From Hyphomicrobiales bacterium (GTDB taxonomy: Bacteria; Chloroflexota; Dehalococcoidia; Tepidiformales; Tepidiformaceae), in assembly GCA_050260715.1 (NCBI GenBank), contig JBLNCO010000343.1:1-29175 (forward strand): DNA of 29,175 nucleotides, read 5' to 3'. The notes beneath the pieces are model-generated. The model did not search any database and had not been told where the DNA came from. It was given only the letters and a program-made list of their open reading frames with translations. The position numbers and the translations under genes are program-made. This document shows, piece by piece, positions 17,214 through 25,424 of this stretch; positions within the stretch are counted from its first letter, which is position 1, and each line of letters begins with the position of its first letter.

Positions 17214-18340
17214 CGCGCGGCCTCCGGGAGGCCGGTAAGCAGCGCGGCCGCCTGCAGCGCGCGCTCCCGGACGGTGCGGGGGTCATCGCCGAGGGCGGTC
17301 ACGTGCCCGAGCTTGCGGCCGGCGCGCGGCCCCTTGCCGTAGAGGTGCACGTGCACCCCGGGTACCTCCAACGCCCGCGGCAGCAGCTCGCGCGGGTCTT
17401 GGTCCGAGGCGCCGACGACGTTGACGGTGACCACCGCCGGGGCGGTGAGCGACGTATCGCCGAGCGGCCAGTCGAGCACGGCGCGCAGGTGGTTTTCGAA
17501 CTGCGACGTGACGGTACCCTCGATGCTGTAGTGGCCCGAATTATGCGGCCGGGCGGCCACTTCGTTCAGCACGAGCTGCCCGCCGGTCAGGAAGAGCTCG
17601 ATGGCGAAGACGCCGATGACTCCAGTCGCCTCGGCGATCCGCCGGGCGAGCGCGTCGATGCGTTCGCGCAGGTCGTTGGCAAGCGGCGCGGGGGCGAGCA
17701 CCTCGCGGCACATGCCATCGACCTGCACCGTCTCGACCGCGGGGTACACCGCCAGTTCGCCGCCGGGCCGCCGTGCGACCAGCACCGCCAGCTCGCGGTC
17801 GATGGGGACGAACGCCTCGGCGAGGAACTCGCGGCCGGTGGCAAAGAGATCGGCGGCCTCGCCGGGCTCGCCGAACACCCAGACCCCGCGGCCGTCGTAG
17901 CCACCGGCGATCGCCTTGACCACGACCGGCCATCCGAGCTCATCGCCGAACATGGCGAGCTCGTGGAGCGACACGACTCGCCGGTTCACAGGCACCGGCA
18001 GGCCGAGCGACCCCAGCACCTCGCGCTGGTACGCCTTGTCCTGGGCGAAGCGGAGCGCACTGGCGCCCGGCCGCAGCACGTGTCCCTCCGCCTCGAGGGC
18101 GGCGAGGTGCGCCGGCGGCACGAGCTCGTGGTCGAAGGTAAGCACATCACAGCCCGCCGCGAAGGCGCGCAGGTCGCCGAGCGATTCGTGCGAGCCGATG
18201 ACCGTACCGGCGCCGATGAGCGCCGCGCTGTCGTCCGGCCGTTCGGCGAGCACGCGAAGGGTAATCCCGAGCGGGATGGCCGCCTGGTAGGTCATGCGCG
18301 CGAGCTGGCCGCCGCCGACCATCCCGGCGACGGCCGTCAC
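17210..18340 (-). CDS. purK: N5-CAIR synthetase (ATP-grasp)
   Basis: [48 protein letters not shown]...RKLGHV. Overlaps the purE start; GTG 18340 inferred. Confidence 0.95.
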   Translation of the reverse strand: MTAVAGMVGGGQLARMTYQAAIPLGITLRVLAERPDDSAALIGAGTVIGSHESLGDLRAFAAGCDVLTFDHELVPPAHLAALEAEGHVLRPGASALRFAQDKAYQREVLGSLGLPVPVNRRVVSLHELAMFGDELGWPVVVKAIAGGYDGRGVWVFGEPGEAADLFATGREFLAEAFVPIDRELAVLVARRPGGELAVYPAVETVQVDGMCREVLAPAPLANDLRERIDALARRIAEATGVIGVFAIELFLTGGQLVLNEVAARPHNSGHYSIEGTVTSQFENHLRAVLDWPLGDTSLTAPAVVTVNVVGASDQDPRELLPRALEVPGVHVHLYGKGPRAGRKLGHVTALGDDPRTVRERALQAAALLTGLPEAAR

Positions 18341-18356
18341 TGCTGCACCCCGCGCG

Positions 18357-18629
18357 TCATTCGCCTTTCGCGAGCATGAGGAGCGCACCGACCGGGAACT
18401 GGCCGTTCGTATGGCGCATCGGGCGGTCGGGATGCACCTGGTACTGGTTTCTCCGCCCAACTCGCGTGCGCGAGATGTAGCCCTCCTCGACGAGGTCGGC
18501 GACGAGCCGTTGCGCAGCACGTTCGGTTATCCCCACTGCGGCGGCCACATCCTTGAGACGGACGCCCGGGTCGCGGGCAATGCAGATAAGTACATGCGCG
18601 TGGTTGGTGAGGAAAGTCCATCCTTCCAT
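18357..18629 (-). CDS. Small winged-HTH transcriptional regulator (MarR/AsnC-like, WTFLTNH type)
   Basis: MEGWTFLTNHAHVLICIARDPGVRLKDVAAAVGITERAAQRLVADLVEEGYISRTRVGRRNQY; 3' part of track ORF 18357..19037. Confidence 0.85.
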   Translation of the reverse strand: MEGWTFLTNHAHVLICIARDPGVRLKDVAAAVGITERAAQRLVADLVEEGYISRTRVGRRNQYQVHPDRPMRHTNGQFPVGALLMLAKGE

Positions 18630-18803
18630 TAGCGTATCGCCCCCACTGGCTACGGGAATCCCGAGCGCGCATTCTGTGATCTCCAACTGACGATTTGTAC
18701 GTCGTACTTCACAGAAGGCCGCCCGGATGTGAATGCTGTTCGGGGCGGAGGGCCGTTGCCCTCGCGCGGGAGCCGGCATTAACTGGAGTGCTGCAGGCCA
18801 GCC

Positions 18804-19091
18804 ATGCCCGAAACCACGACCATCCCCGAGATTGATATTGACCGGCTGCAGAAGCTGGTGCCGCCCTGGCGCGTCGTGCTGCACAACGACGACCACAACA
18901 CGATGGACCACGTGGTGCGTTCGTTGCTCCGGTGCGTGCCGTCGCTCACCCCCGAAGAGGCGGTCGCGATCATGTTCACCGCCCACGAACACGGCGAAGC
19001 GACGGTCATCGAATGCCCGAAGGAGGCGGCGGAGCACTACCGCGACCGGCTGGAGAGTTGCGGCCTAACCTCCACCATCGAGCCCGCCTGA
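18804..19091 (+). CDS. clpS: ATP-dependent Clp protease adaptor ClpS
   Basis: PPWRVVLHNDDHNTMDHVV...AVAIMFTAHEHGEATV...E.AE.Y..RL...GLTSTIEP. Confidence 0.92.
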   Translation: MPETTTIPEIDIDRLQKLVPPWRVVLHNDDHNTMDHVVRSLLRCVPSLTPEEAVAIMFTAHEHGEATVIECPKEAAEHYRDRLESCGLTSTIEPA

Positions 19092-19655
19092 GGCAACCGG
19101 GTCGGGCAGGCGGGCGAGCCAGCGGCTCACCTCGCGCGGGCTGCGCAGCTGCACGACGGTCGCCTGGTGGGGAATGGTGCGCAGGGCCTTGCCCGTGTTC
19201 CGCGTGGTTCGCCGCCACGCCGTGAGGCCCCAGAGCAGCATGGAATCCTTCGAAAACAACATCCGCCACTCTTCGCGGTTGCCGTTCCAGAGCTCGCGGC
19301 CGGTGGCCGCGCGGCGAACGGTGCGCCAGGCAAGCCGCGGGTACACCACCAGGAACGGCAGCCGCAGCCAGACGACCGTGTCGGCGTGGGGCAGGATGAG
19401 GTCGCGGACGATGGAGTAGTTGCCATCGAACACCCACCCGCCGGGGTGGGCAGCGAGCAGCTCGCGCACCCGCTCCCGGAAGGTTTCGCGGTCGAGGTCC
19501 TGCCAGTTCGGGCCGTGGTAGACGGCGTCGAGCTCGATGACGGGCAGCCCGAGCCGCCGCCCGATCTCGCGCGAGATGGTGGACTTACCGGAGCCCGAAG
19601 GGCCGTAGACGGCCACCCGGCGGCCGGGGCGGTGCGCGAGGTTTCGGTCAGCCAT
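19065..19655 (-). CDS. Adenylate-kinase-like P-loop NTPase (FlaR / topology modulation protein-like)
   Basis: VAVYGPSGSGKST, IELDAVYHGPNW, WVFDGNYS, ADTVVWL, RELWNGNRE. Confidence 0.85.
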   Translation of the reverse strand: MADRNLAHRPGRRVAVYGPSGSGKSTISREIGRRLGLPVIELDAVYHGPNWQDLDRETFRERVRELLAAHPGGWVFDGNYSIVRDLILPHADTVVWLRLPFLVVYPRLAWRTVRRAATGRELWNGNREEWRMLFSKDSMLLWGLTAWRRTTRNTGKALRTIPHQATVVQLRSPREVSRWLARLPDPVASGGLDGGG

Positions 19656-19688
19656 GCCACCGGTACAACGCCCGGTCTCCCGCGCGAG

Positions 19689-19877
19689 TTACCACCACCC
19701 GACCTTGTAGTTCCAGCCCTTGATTTCGCGGCCCTTCGGCCCGGCCTCCTTGAGGCGAATCAGGTGCTTGCGGCAAAGCTGGACGGTGAGCCGCTCGCGC
19801 TCCTCGCCGCGCCACTTCAACACGGCGGTCTCTTCGTACGGCGGCTCCATACAGAGCAGGCATCGTGGGCGTGCCAT
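19689..19877 (-). CDS. 62-aa putative Zn-binding small protein
   Basis: MARPRCLLCMEPPYEETAVLKWRGEERERLTVQLCRKHLIRLKEAGPKGREIKGWNYKVGWW; TGATG overlap with the upstream GNAT; CxxC...CxxH. Confidence 0.7.
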   Translation of the reverse strand: MARPRCLLCMEPPYEETAVLKWRGEERERLTVQLCRKHLIRLKEAGPKGREIKGWNYKVGWW

Positions 19878-20401
19878 CAGCGGGCCTCTTCCGGGAAATC
19901 GAGGACGAAGCCCCATTCGGGGCTCCGCCAGGGGTCGTCGGCGTAGCGGAAACGGTTGTTGCGAAAGCCCATGCGCCGGTAGAGCCGGTGCGCATCGACG
20001 AAGTTCGTGTCGCTGTAGAGCACCACGCGCCGGGCGCCGCGGGCGCGGGTTTCGCGCAGCACCCACTCCACGAGCCACTGGCCGATACCGCCTCGCCGCG
20101 CTTCGGCGAGCACGTAGAGCCGCTTGAGCTCGAACACCCCGCCGCCGAGGTCGGCGAAGCCGGTACAGCCGACCACGCGGCCCTCCGCGTCCTCCGCGAC
20201 GGCGAAGGCGCCGGGCGCGAAGTAGACGTGGGGTTCCTGGACGTCGCGGTCGTAGCCATCGACCTGGAACTCGAAGCCGTACTCCCGGAACACCGTCGCG
20301 ATGACGTTCCAGGGGCCACCGGCGTGACGCGCATGGTCGTAGGGGACGATGCGCGTCGTACCCGGGGCGACGTGTGAGGCGGAGGGCTCGGTCGTGACCA
20401 T
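19877..20401 (-). CDS. GNAT-family N-acetyltransferase
   Basis: VVGCTG, FELKRLYVLAEARRGGIGQWL, AHRLYRRMGF. Start ATG 20401 inferred. Confidence 0.9.
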   Translation of the reverse strand: MVTTEPSASHVAPGTTRIVPYDHARHAGGPWNVIATVFREYGFEFQVDGYDRDVQEPHVYFAPGAFAVAEDAEGRVVGCTGFADLGGGVFELKRLYVLAEARRGGIGQWLVEWVLRETRARGARRVVLYSDTNFVDAHRLYRRMGFRNNRFRYADDPWRSPEWGFVLDFPEEAR

Positions 20402-20618
20402 CGGGACCTCGTCCCTCAAACGTAGCAGAGCGCAGGCCCACGTTCGAAAGCGCGCCGGGTGGCCGCGCACGGCGCCGCTCCGGGTTAAGGCACGGGACAG
20501 ATCAGCTTCGCCGGCCCCGGCTGCAATCCGTCATTGGTCTCTGGCGGCAGAGTACACGCTGTGCCTACCATTAATCTCTCGCGAACGATCTCGCTTCGCG
20601 CTTTCCCCCGGAGGACGC

Positions 20619-22112
20619 ATGGCCGGACGGCTCCAATACAAGTACCTGGTCGCGATCGTGTTCATTTTCGGGCTCTTCATGGACCTGATGGACACGACCA
20701 TCGTCAACGTCGCCGTTCCGAAGCTCACCGAGGACTTCCACACGACGACCACTGCGGTCGAATGGACCGTCACGGGGTACCTGCTCAGCCTGGCGGTCTT
20801 CATTCCCGCGGCCGGGTACCTCTCCGACCGGTTCGGCACGAAGCGGGCGTTCCTCACGGCGATGGCGATCTTCATCACTGCGTCGGCGATGTGCGGCCTC
20901 GCCCAGAGCCTCCATCAGCTCGTGTTCTTCCGCGTCCTCCAGGGCGTCGGTGGCGGGATGATGACGCCCGTCGGCACGGCCATGCTCTCGCGCGAGTTCC
21001 CGGGCGCCGAGCGGGCGAAAGCGTCGGCCATCATGTCGGTGCCGGTGGTGTTCGCGCCGACGCTGGGGCCGGTGATCGGCGGCTACCTGATCGAGTACAT
21101 CTCGTGGCGCTGGATCTTCTACATCAACCTGCCGATCGGCATCACGGGGTTCATCTTCGCCCTCCGCGTGCTGCGGGAGCATAAGGAACCCTACGCGCGC
21201 GAAGGCTTCGATTTCGTGGGGCTCGTGCTCGGCGGCGTTGGTGCGGCTTCGTTGCTCTACGCGCTCTCCATCGCCTCGCACGACGGCTGGACGAGCCAGC
21301 CGGTGCTCACGTGGGGGCTCATCGGCCTCGCGCTCATCGCTGCATTCGTGGTGGTCGAACTGCGGGCGCACCCGCCAATCATCGACCTCACGCTGCTCAA
21401 GCGGCCGTTCTTCCTGCTGGGGAACCTGATGGTGCTGCCGGCGTTCGGGGTGTTCGCCGGGTTCCTGTTCATGCTCACGCTGTTCCTGCAGGAGTTCCAG
21501 GGGCGGTCACCGCTGGAGGCGGGCCTCATCCAGGCGCCGAGCTCCCTCGGGACGGCCATTTCGCTGCCGCTCGCCAGCCGGCTCTACCCGCGGCTCGGCC
21601 CGCAGCGGATGCTCCTCATCGGGTTCAGCCTCGCCGCCCTCACGTTCACCCCGTTCCTCAGGCTGCACGCCGATACGGGCGCACCCTACATCATCATGGC
21701 CCTGTTCTTCCGTGGGCTGCCGTTCGCCTTCGCGATGGTAGCCGCGCAGACGATCATCTTCGGGCCCATTGAGAACGCGAAGCAGGGCCCCGCATCGTCG
21801 CTGTACAACACGCTACGGCAGGTGAGCGCCTCGTTCGGCGTGGCGCTCATCGCGACCGTGCTCATCAACCGCACGCAGGCCCACGAGCACGCGGCGATGG
21901 CTCACCAGCACCTGACCGGCGCGATCCCACCCAACATCGCCCGCCACGCGGCGGAGCTGGGCTACCACGACGCGTTCCTCGTGTGCATCGGGTTCATGAT
22001 CCTGCCGCTGCTGCTCAGCCTCTTCGTGAACGACCGCAAGACGAACGATGCGCTCGCGGCACGGGTGCGGATGGGCGAGACGACCGGGGGCCACGCAGCC
22101 GCCGAAGCCTGA
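20619..22112 (+). CDS. DHA2 (EmrB/QacA-type) MFS efflux transporter
   Basis: MDTTIVNVAVP, GYLSDRFGTKR, FRVLQGVGGG, GPVIGG, WRWIFYINLPIG; many TM segments; GGAGG RBS. Confidence 0.93.
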   Translation: MAGRLQYKYLVAIVFIFGLFMDLMDTTIVNVAVPKLTEDFHTTTTAVEWTVTGYLLSLAVFIPAAGYLSDRFGTKRAFLTAMAIFITASAMCGLAQSLHQLVFFRVLQGVGGGMMTPVGTAMLSREFPGAERAKASAIMSVPVVFAPTLGPVIGGYLIEYISWRWIFYINLPIGITGFIFALRVLREHKEPYAREGFDFVGLVLGGVGAASLLYALSIASHDGWTSQPVLTWGLIGLALIAAFVVVELRAHPPIIDLTLLKRPFFLLGNLMVLPAFGVFAGFLFMLTLFLQEFQGRSPLEAGLIQAPSSLGTAISLPLASRLYPRLGPQRMLLIGFSLAALTFTPFLRLHADTGAPYIIMALFFRGLPFAFAMVAAQTIIFGPIENAKQGPASSLYNTLRQVSASFGVALIATVLINRTQAHEHAAMAHQHLTGAIPPNIARHAAELGYHDAFLVCIGFMILPLLLSLFVNDRKTNDALAARVRMGETTGGHAAAEA

Positions 22113-22114
22113 CC

Positions 22115-22669
22115 TCAGGGCAGCGTGAAGGTGGCGGCGCTGTCGTTCCAGTGGTAGAGCGTCGCCCACTCGGGGCCGGGCGCGAAGATGCCGATCTTGG
22201 CGATGTACGTGCCCGGCTTCGTGCCTGCGGGCGGCGTCCAGGTGATGGTGAAGCTGCGCTGCTGGTTCGCCGAAAACGGCTCCTGGTCGAACCACTGCTG
22301 GTTCACGCGGACGCCGTTCGCCGCGTAGAGCTCGAAGTCGACCACGTACTTCCCGGGCAGGGCGGTCCGCACGCTGGCGGTCACAGTCACCTTGCCGTTC
22401 GCGACCGTGGCTGTCGCCGCCGTGGCGAACTCCTGCTGGCCCACGGGCATGGCGCCGTCGCGCGCGAGGAGCGGCACGTACCGGGTGTACGCCTCCACGG
22501 TCGCGGGCAGCACGACCGACGTCTCATGGGAGCCGTCGCTTTCGGCGAAGGTCTGCTGCGCGGCTGCCAGCAGGCAGCCGCCAACCGTCGCGAGCGCGAG
22601 CCACTTGCCCGTCGTGGAGGCGAGCTCCCTGAAGGTACGCCGATGCTGAGGGGCGCGTTCCGGTCCCAC
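22115..22669 (-). CDS. Exported protein with a C-terminal Ig-like beta-sandwich domain
   Basis: Hydrophobic signal (WLALATVGGCLLAAAQQTFA), a YVPLLARDG motif, then a beta-rich domain (FTITWTPP...PGTYIAKIGIF). Confidence 0.7.
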   Translation of the reverse strand: MGPERAPQHRRTFRELASTTGKWLALATVGGCLLAAAQQTFAESDGSHETSVVLPATVEAYTRYVPLLARDGAMPVGQQEFATAATATVANGKVTVTASVRTALPGKYVVDFELYAANGVRVNQQWFDQEPFSANQQRSFTITWTPPAGTKPGTYIAKIGIFAPGPEWATLYHWNDSAATFTLP

Positions 22670-22794
22670 ATCCTGAGAATCGACCGTTCGCGAATCGCGC
22701 TGAAGCGCGGGAAGGCCCGTCGGGGCATCGCCTTAACCGGACCTAACGCTCTTCACACAGGCGCAGCGCCTAGAGCGAAGCGGCCGCACGCAAA

Positions 22795-22817
22795 CGGGGA
22801 GGCGAAACGCCTCCCCG
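22795..22817 (-). terminator. Intrinsic terminator after the CitE/HpcH gene
   Basis: 10-bp perfect stem CGGGGAGGCG/CGCCTCCCCG, followed by a short TTT on the minus strand, about 25 nt after the stop. Confidence 0.7.
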
Positions 22818-22842
22818 CTGCTCGTTGCGAACCCTTGTGGGC

Positions 22843-23850
22843 CTACGCGGTGACCGCTTCCTTCTCGGAGAAGAACTTCGCCTGGACTTCCTCGGAGAGC
22901 GGCAGGTTGAGCACCTTCGCGCGCTGAAGCTGTTCCCAGTAGTACCGGTAGGTCGCGCGGTCGTGGAGGTTACCGTCGTGCTGGATGGGCCCCCAGTCGG
23001 CGTCGTACGCCTTCAGGAGGATGGCCTCCGCCTCCTCGACCTCGGGCATGGCGGGCGCCATGGCGCGCGTGATGGGCTCGATCTGCGCCGGGTAGATGGA
23101 CCACTGGCGCAGGAAGCCGAACTCCTCGCGGGCGCGCCGGGCGTCGTTGTAGATGAACTCCTGGTCCTTCAGTTCGAGCGTCACGTTGTGCGCAGGCACG
23201 ACGCCGCTCGCCAGCGCCGCGGCGACGACCTCTGCCTTCGCGCGGTGCAGCAGGGCGTGCTCGAACTGGCCCGGCGAGCGCATGTTCGAAGAGGCGATCG
23301 CGCCGTGGTGCGCCGACACGAAGTCCATCAGGCCGAAGTCGAGCACCTCGATGTTGGGCAGCTCGGCGATCTGCCAGACCTCGCGCAGGGCGCCGTGCGT
23401 CTCGATGAGCGCGTGGATCGGGATCTCGCGCTTGATGCCGGCCTGCGCCGTAACGTTGCGGATGTAGTCGATCATCTCCGCGAGCTGGGCGGCGCGAGTC
23501 GTCTTCGGAACGGTGATGTAGGCGATCCGCTCGCCCGCGCCGCGGACGATGATGTCGACGTCCTGGCGCCAGTGCTCGTTCGTGTAGTCGTGGATGCGGA
23601 CGCCGGACTGGTTGTGGACGTTGCCCTCGCTGTTCTGCATGCGCACGACCATTTCGGCGTGCTCGCGCTCACGGCCGGTGGGCGCGCCGTCCTCGCAGTC
23701 CATCGTGATATCGAAGATGCCGTTGAGCTTCTGCTGCAGTTCGAGCGCCTTGGCGATGCGCTCCTCGGTGCCGGCGAAGTGTTCGCAGGTGGCGATGATA
23801 GGGAAGGGCTTTTCGCCCTCGAAGAGCGCTTCGTTGGGGTGACGCGGCAT
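22843..23850 (-). CDS. HpcH/HpaI aldolase - citrate lyase beta (CitE) family CoA-ester lyase
   Basis: MDCEDGA, GVRIH, VPK, ALIETHG, FGLMDF, WSIYPAQI. Confidence 0.88.
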   Translation of the reverse strand: MPRHPNEALFEGEKPFPIIATCEHFAGTEERIAKALELQQKLNGIFDITMDCEDGAPTGREREHAEMVVRMQNSEGNVHNQSGVRIHDYTNEHWRQDVDIIVRGAGERIAYITVPKTTRAAQLAEMIDYIRNVTAQAGIKREIPIHALIETHGALREVWQIAELPNIEVLDFGLMDFVSAHHGAIASSNMRSPGQFEHALLHRAKAEVVAAALASGVVPAHNVTLELKDQEFIYNDARRAREEFGFLRQWSIYPAQIEPITRAMAPAMPEVEEAEAILLKAYDADWGPIQHDGNLHDRATYRYYWEQLQRAKVLNLPLSEEVQAKFFSEKEAVTA

Positions 23851-23945
23851 AGCAGTGTTCCTTGCTGGGATTCGCGCCGGGCGGCGCACGAGTGTTGCCC
23901 AGTATCCCCCGGAAGGGCGCCCCTTCGCTACCCGAACGCGGCGAA

Positions 23946-25286
23946 TCAGGCCGCTTTCAGCTGCGACTGGCCGCCGGAGGCTGCGCTGCTCAGGAGGTCG
24001 GCGATGAGCGCCTGGAGCCGCGCCGTCTCCTCGCCGAGGCCGCGGATGAACGCATCGGGGTCGCTGCCGTGCGCGTGGTACGTGCGCGCCAGCGCCTCCG
24101 CGTACGCCGAAACGAGCGAGAGTGCCGGGGCATCGCCGCGGGCGGCGGCGTAGGCGAAGCTTGCCATCGCCTCCACCGGGGCGCGCAGCTCGGCGGCGAT
24201 GCGGCCGAGCTCCTGCTGGACCCGGCGCCGCGCGGTGGTGTCGCGGCTGAGGAGCACGGTGCCGTTGTAGTTGCCGTAGCCGTCGTTGATGACCTCGATC
24301 TGCGTTTCGAGCCACACCCAGTGGCCATCGCGGTGCGCGGCGCGAATCTCGACCGTCACGGGCTCCAACGAGGCCGTCGCCATCATCTCCATCACCATCG
24401 GGCGGTCGTCGGGGTGCACGAGCGACTGGGCGGGGAGCCCGAGCAGCTCGAGCGGCCGGTACCCGAGGACGTCAGCGTGGGCGTTGTTCACGAAGAGGAA
24501 GCGGCCGGCCGGGCCGGTCAGGGCGAGCAGGTCCTGGGTGTTGGCGGTGATGTCGCCGAGGCGCCGGTCGCCCTCGCGGAGCGCTTCCGCCGCCCGGGAC
24601 CGGGCGGTGATATCGAGGCAGCTGCCGAGCGTCGCGCGGAGGCCATGCCCGCGGAGCGGCGTGACGTTCTCCGCGAGCGTCCGCACCCTGCCGCTGCGCG
24701 TGCGGATACGGTAGTCGTACTGCACCCAGCGGTCGCCGGCGATGACGCGCGCGGCCTGGCGCCGCAGCTGGCGGCGGTCTTCGGGCAGCACGAGGTCCAT
24801 CGCTCGCATGCCGAGCAGTTCGGCGGCCGAGTACCCGGTGATGTGTTCGAAGCGCGGGTTCACGTACGCGAAGTGTCCGTCGCGGATGATGTAGATCCCG
24901 ACCGGCGCGTCGCGTTTCGCCCACGGCGGACGCGATGGGTCATCGGGGGCGGTCAGCTCGGGCGAGGCGGCGAGCACGCGCGGCGCGCCGGGACCGATCG
25001 CGTGGCAGCGCAGCTGCGCGCGGATCCAGCCGCCCTCTGCGCTGCGGAAGCGGAGTGCCAGGTCGCGGGGCGGCTGGCCCGTCCGCAGGCCGCTGAGGAG
25101 CGTGATGTCGTCCGGATGGAGGCGCGGCGGCAGGTCGCCGGTGGGCGGCAGGCCCAGCAGCGCCCGCAGGGCGCCGTTCGCGTAGCGCGTGCGGCCATCC
25201 GGGCCGAGCACGCACAGAAGGTCCCTGGCGGAGGCGTCCGTCACCGGTGCACTCTCGCCCGCTCGTCCCGCTGCAGGAGAGGCCAC
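23946..25286 (-). CDS. 3xPAS-domain protein with a degenerate HisKA-like C-terminus and no HATPase domain
   Basis: Three PAS repeats (YANGA..LHPDD; YVNPRF..VLPED; FVNNA..VHPDD) ending in DIT/DTT, then a coiled coil and a DHp-like hairpin. Start uncertain (GTG 25286 or 25244). Confidence 0.8.
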   Translation of the reverse strand: MASPAAGRAGESAPVTDASARDLLCVLGPDGRTRYANGALRALLGLPPTGDLPPRLHPDDITLLSGLRTGQPPRDLALRFRSAEGGWIRAQLRCHAIGPGAPRVLAASPELTAPDDPSRPPWAKRDAPVGIYIIRDGHFAYVNPRFEHITGYSAAELLGMRAMDLVLPEDRRQLRRQAARVIAGDRWVQYDYRIRTRSGRVRTLAENVTPLRGHGLRATLGSCLDITARSRAAEALREGDRRLGDITANTQDLLALTGPAGRFLFVNNAHADVLGYRPLELLGLPAQSLVHPDDRPMVMEMMATASLEPVTVEIRAAHRDGHWVWLETQIEVINDGYGNYNGTVLLSRDTTARRRVQQELGRIAAELRAPVEAMASFAYAAARGDAPALSLVSAYAEALARTYHAHGSDPDAFIRGLGEETARLQALIADLLSSAASGGQSQLKAA

Positions 25287-25424
25287 GGGTTGTGCGATGA
25301 GGCCGTAGTCCCGAGGAGCCACGCTCCCTCCGCTGGCGCAAATACGCGCCGGGGAACACCCGATTCTTCCCCTGATCTGTTCAACGGCAGCGTGGCCGCC
25401 CGCCAATAGAGGATCGAAATGCCG

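Noticed and set aside
22747-22794. Nested hairpin with a CACGCAAA segment resembling a c-di-GMP-I riboswitch
   Set aside because: It lacks the GGCAAA and GNRA elements, and the resemblance is on the strand with no downstream gene.
25346-25357. CACCCGATTCTT, similar to the candidate Ada box CACCCGGATCTT
   Set aside because: There is no -10 element at the equivalent distance and the gene is unrelated to repair; likely coincidence.
25319-25398. tRNA-sized cloverleaf-like element as a tRNA or tRNA remnant
   Set aside because: No canonical D-loop or 7-nt T-loop, no anticodon arm geometry and no CCA.
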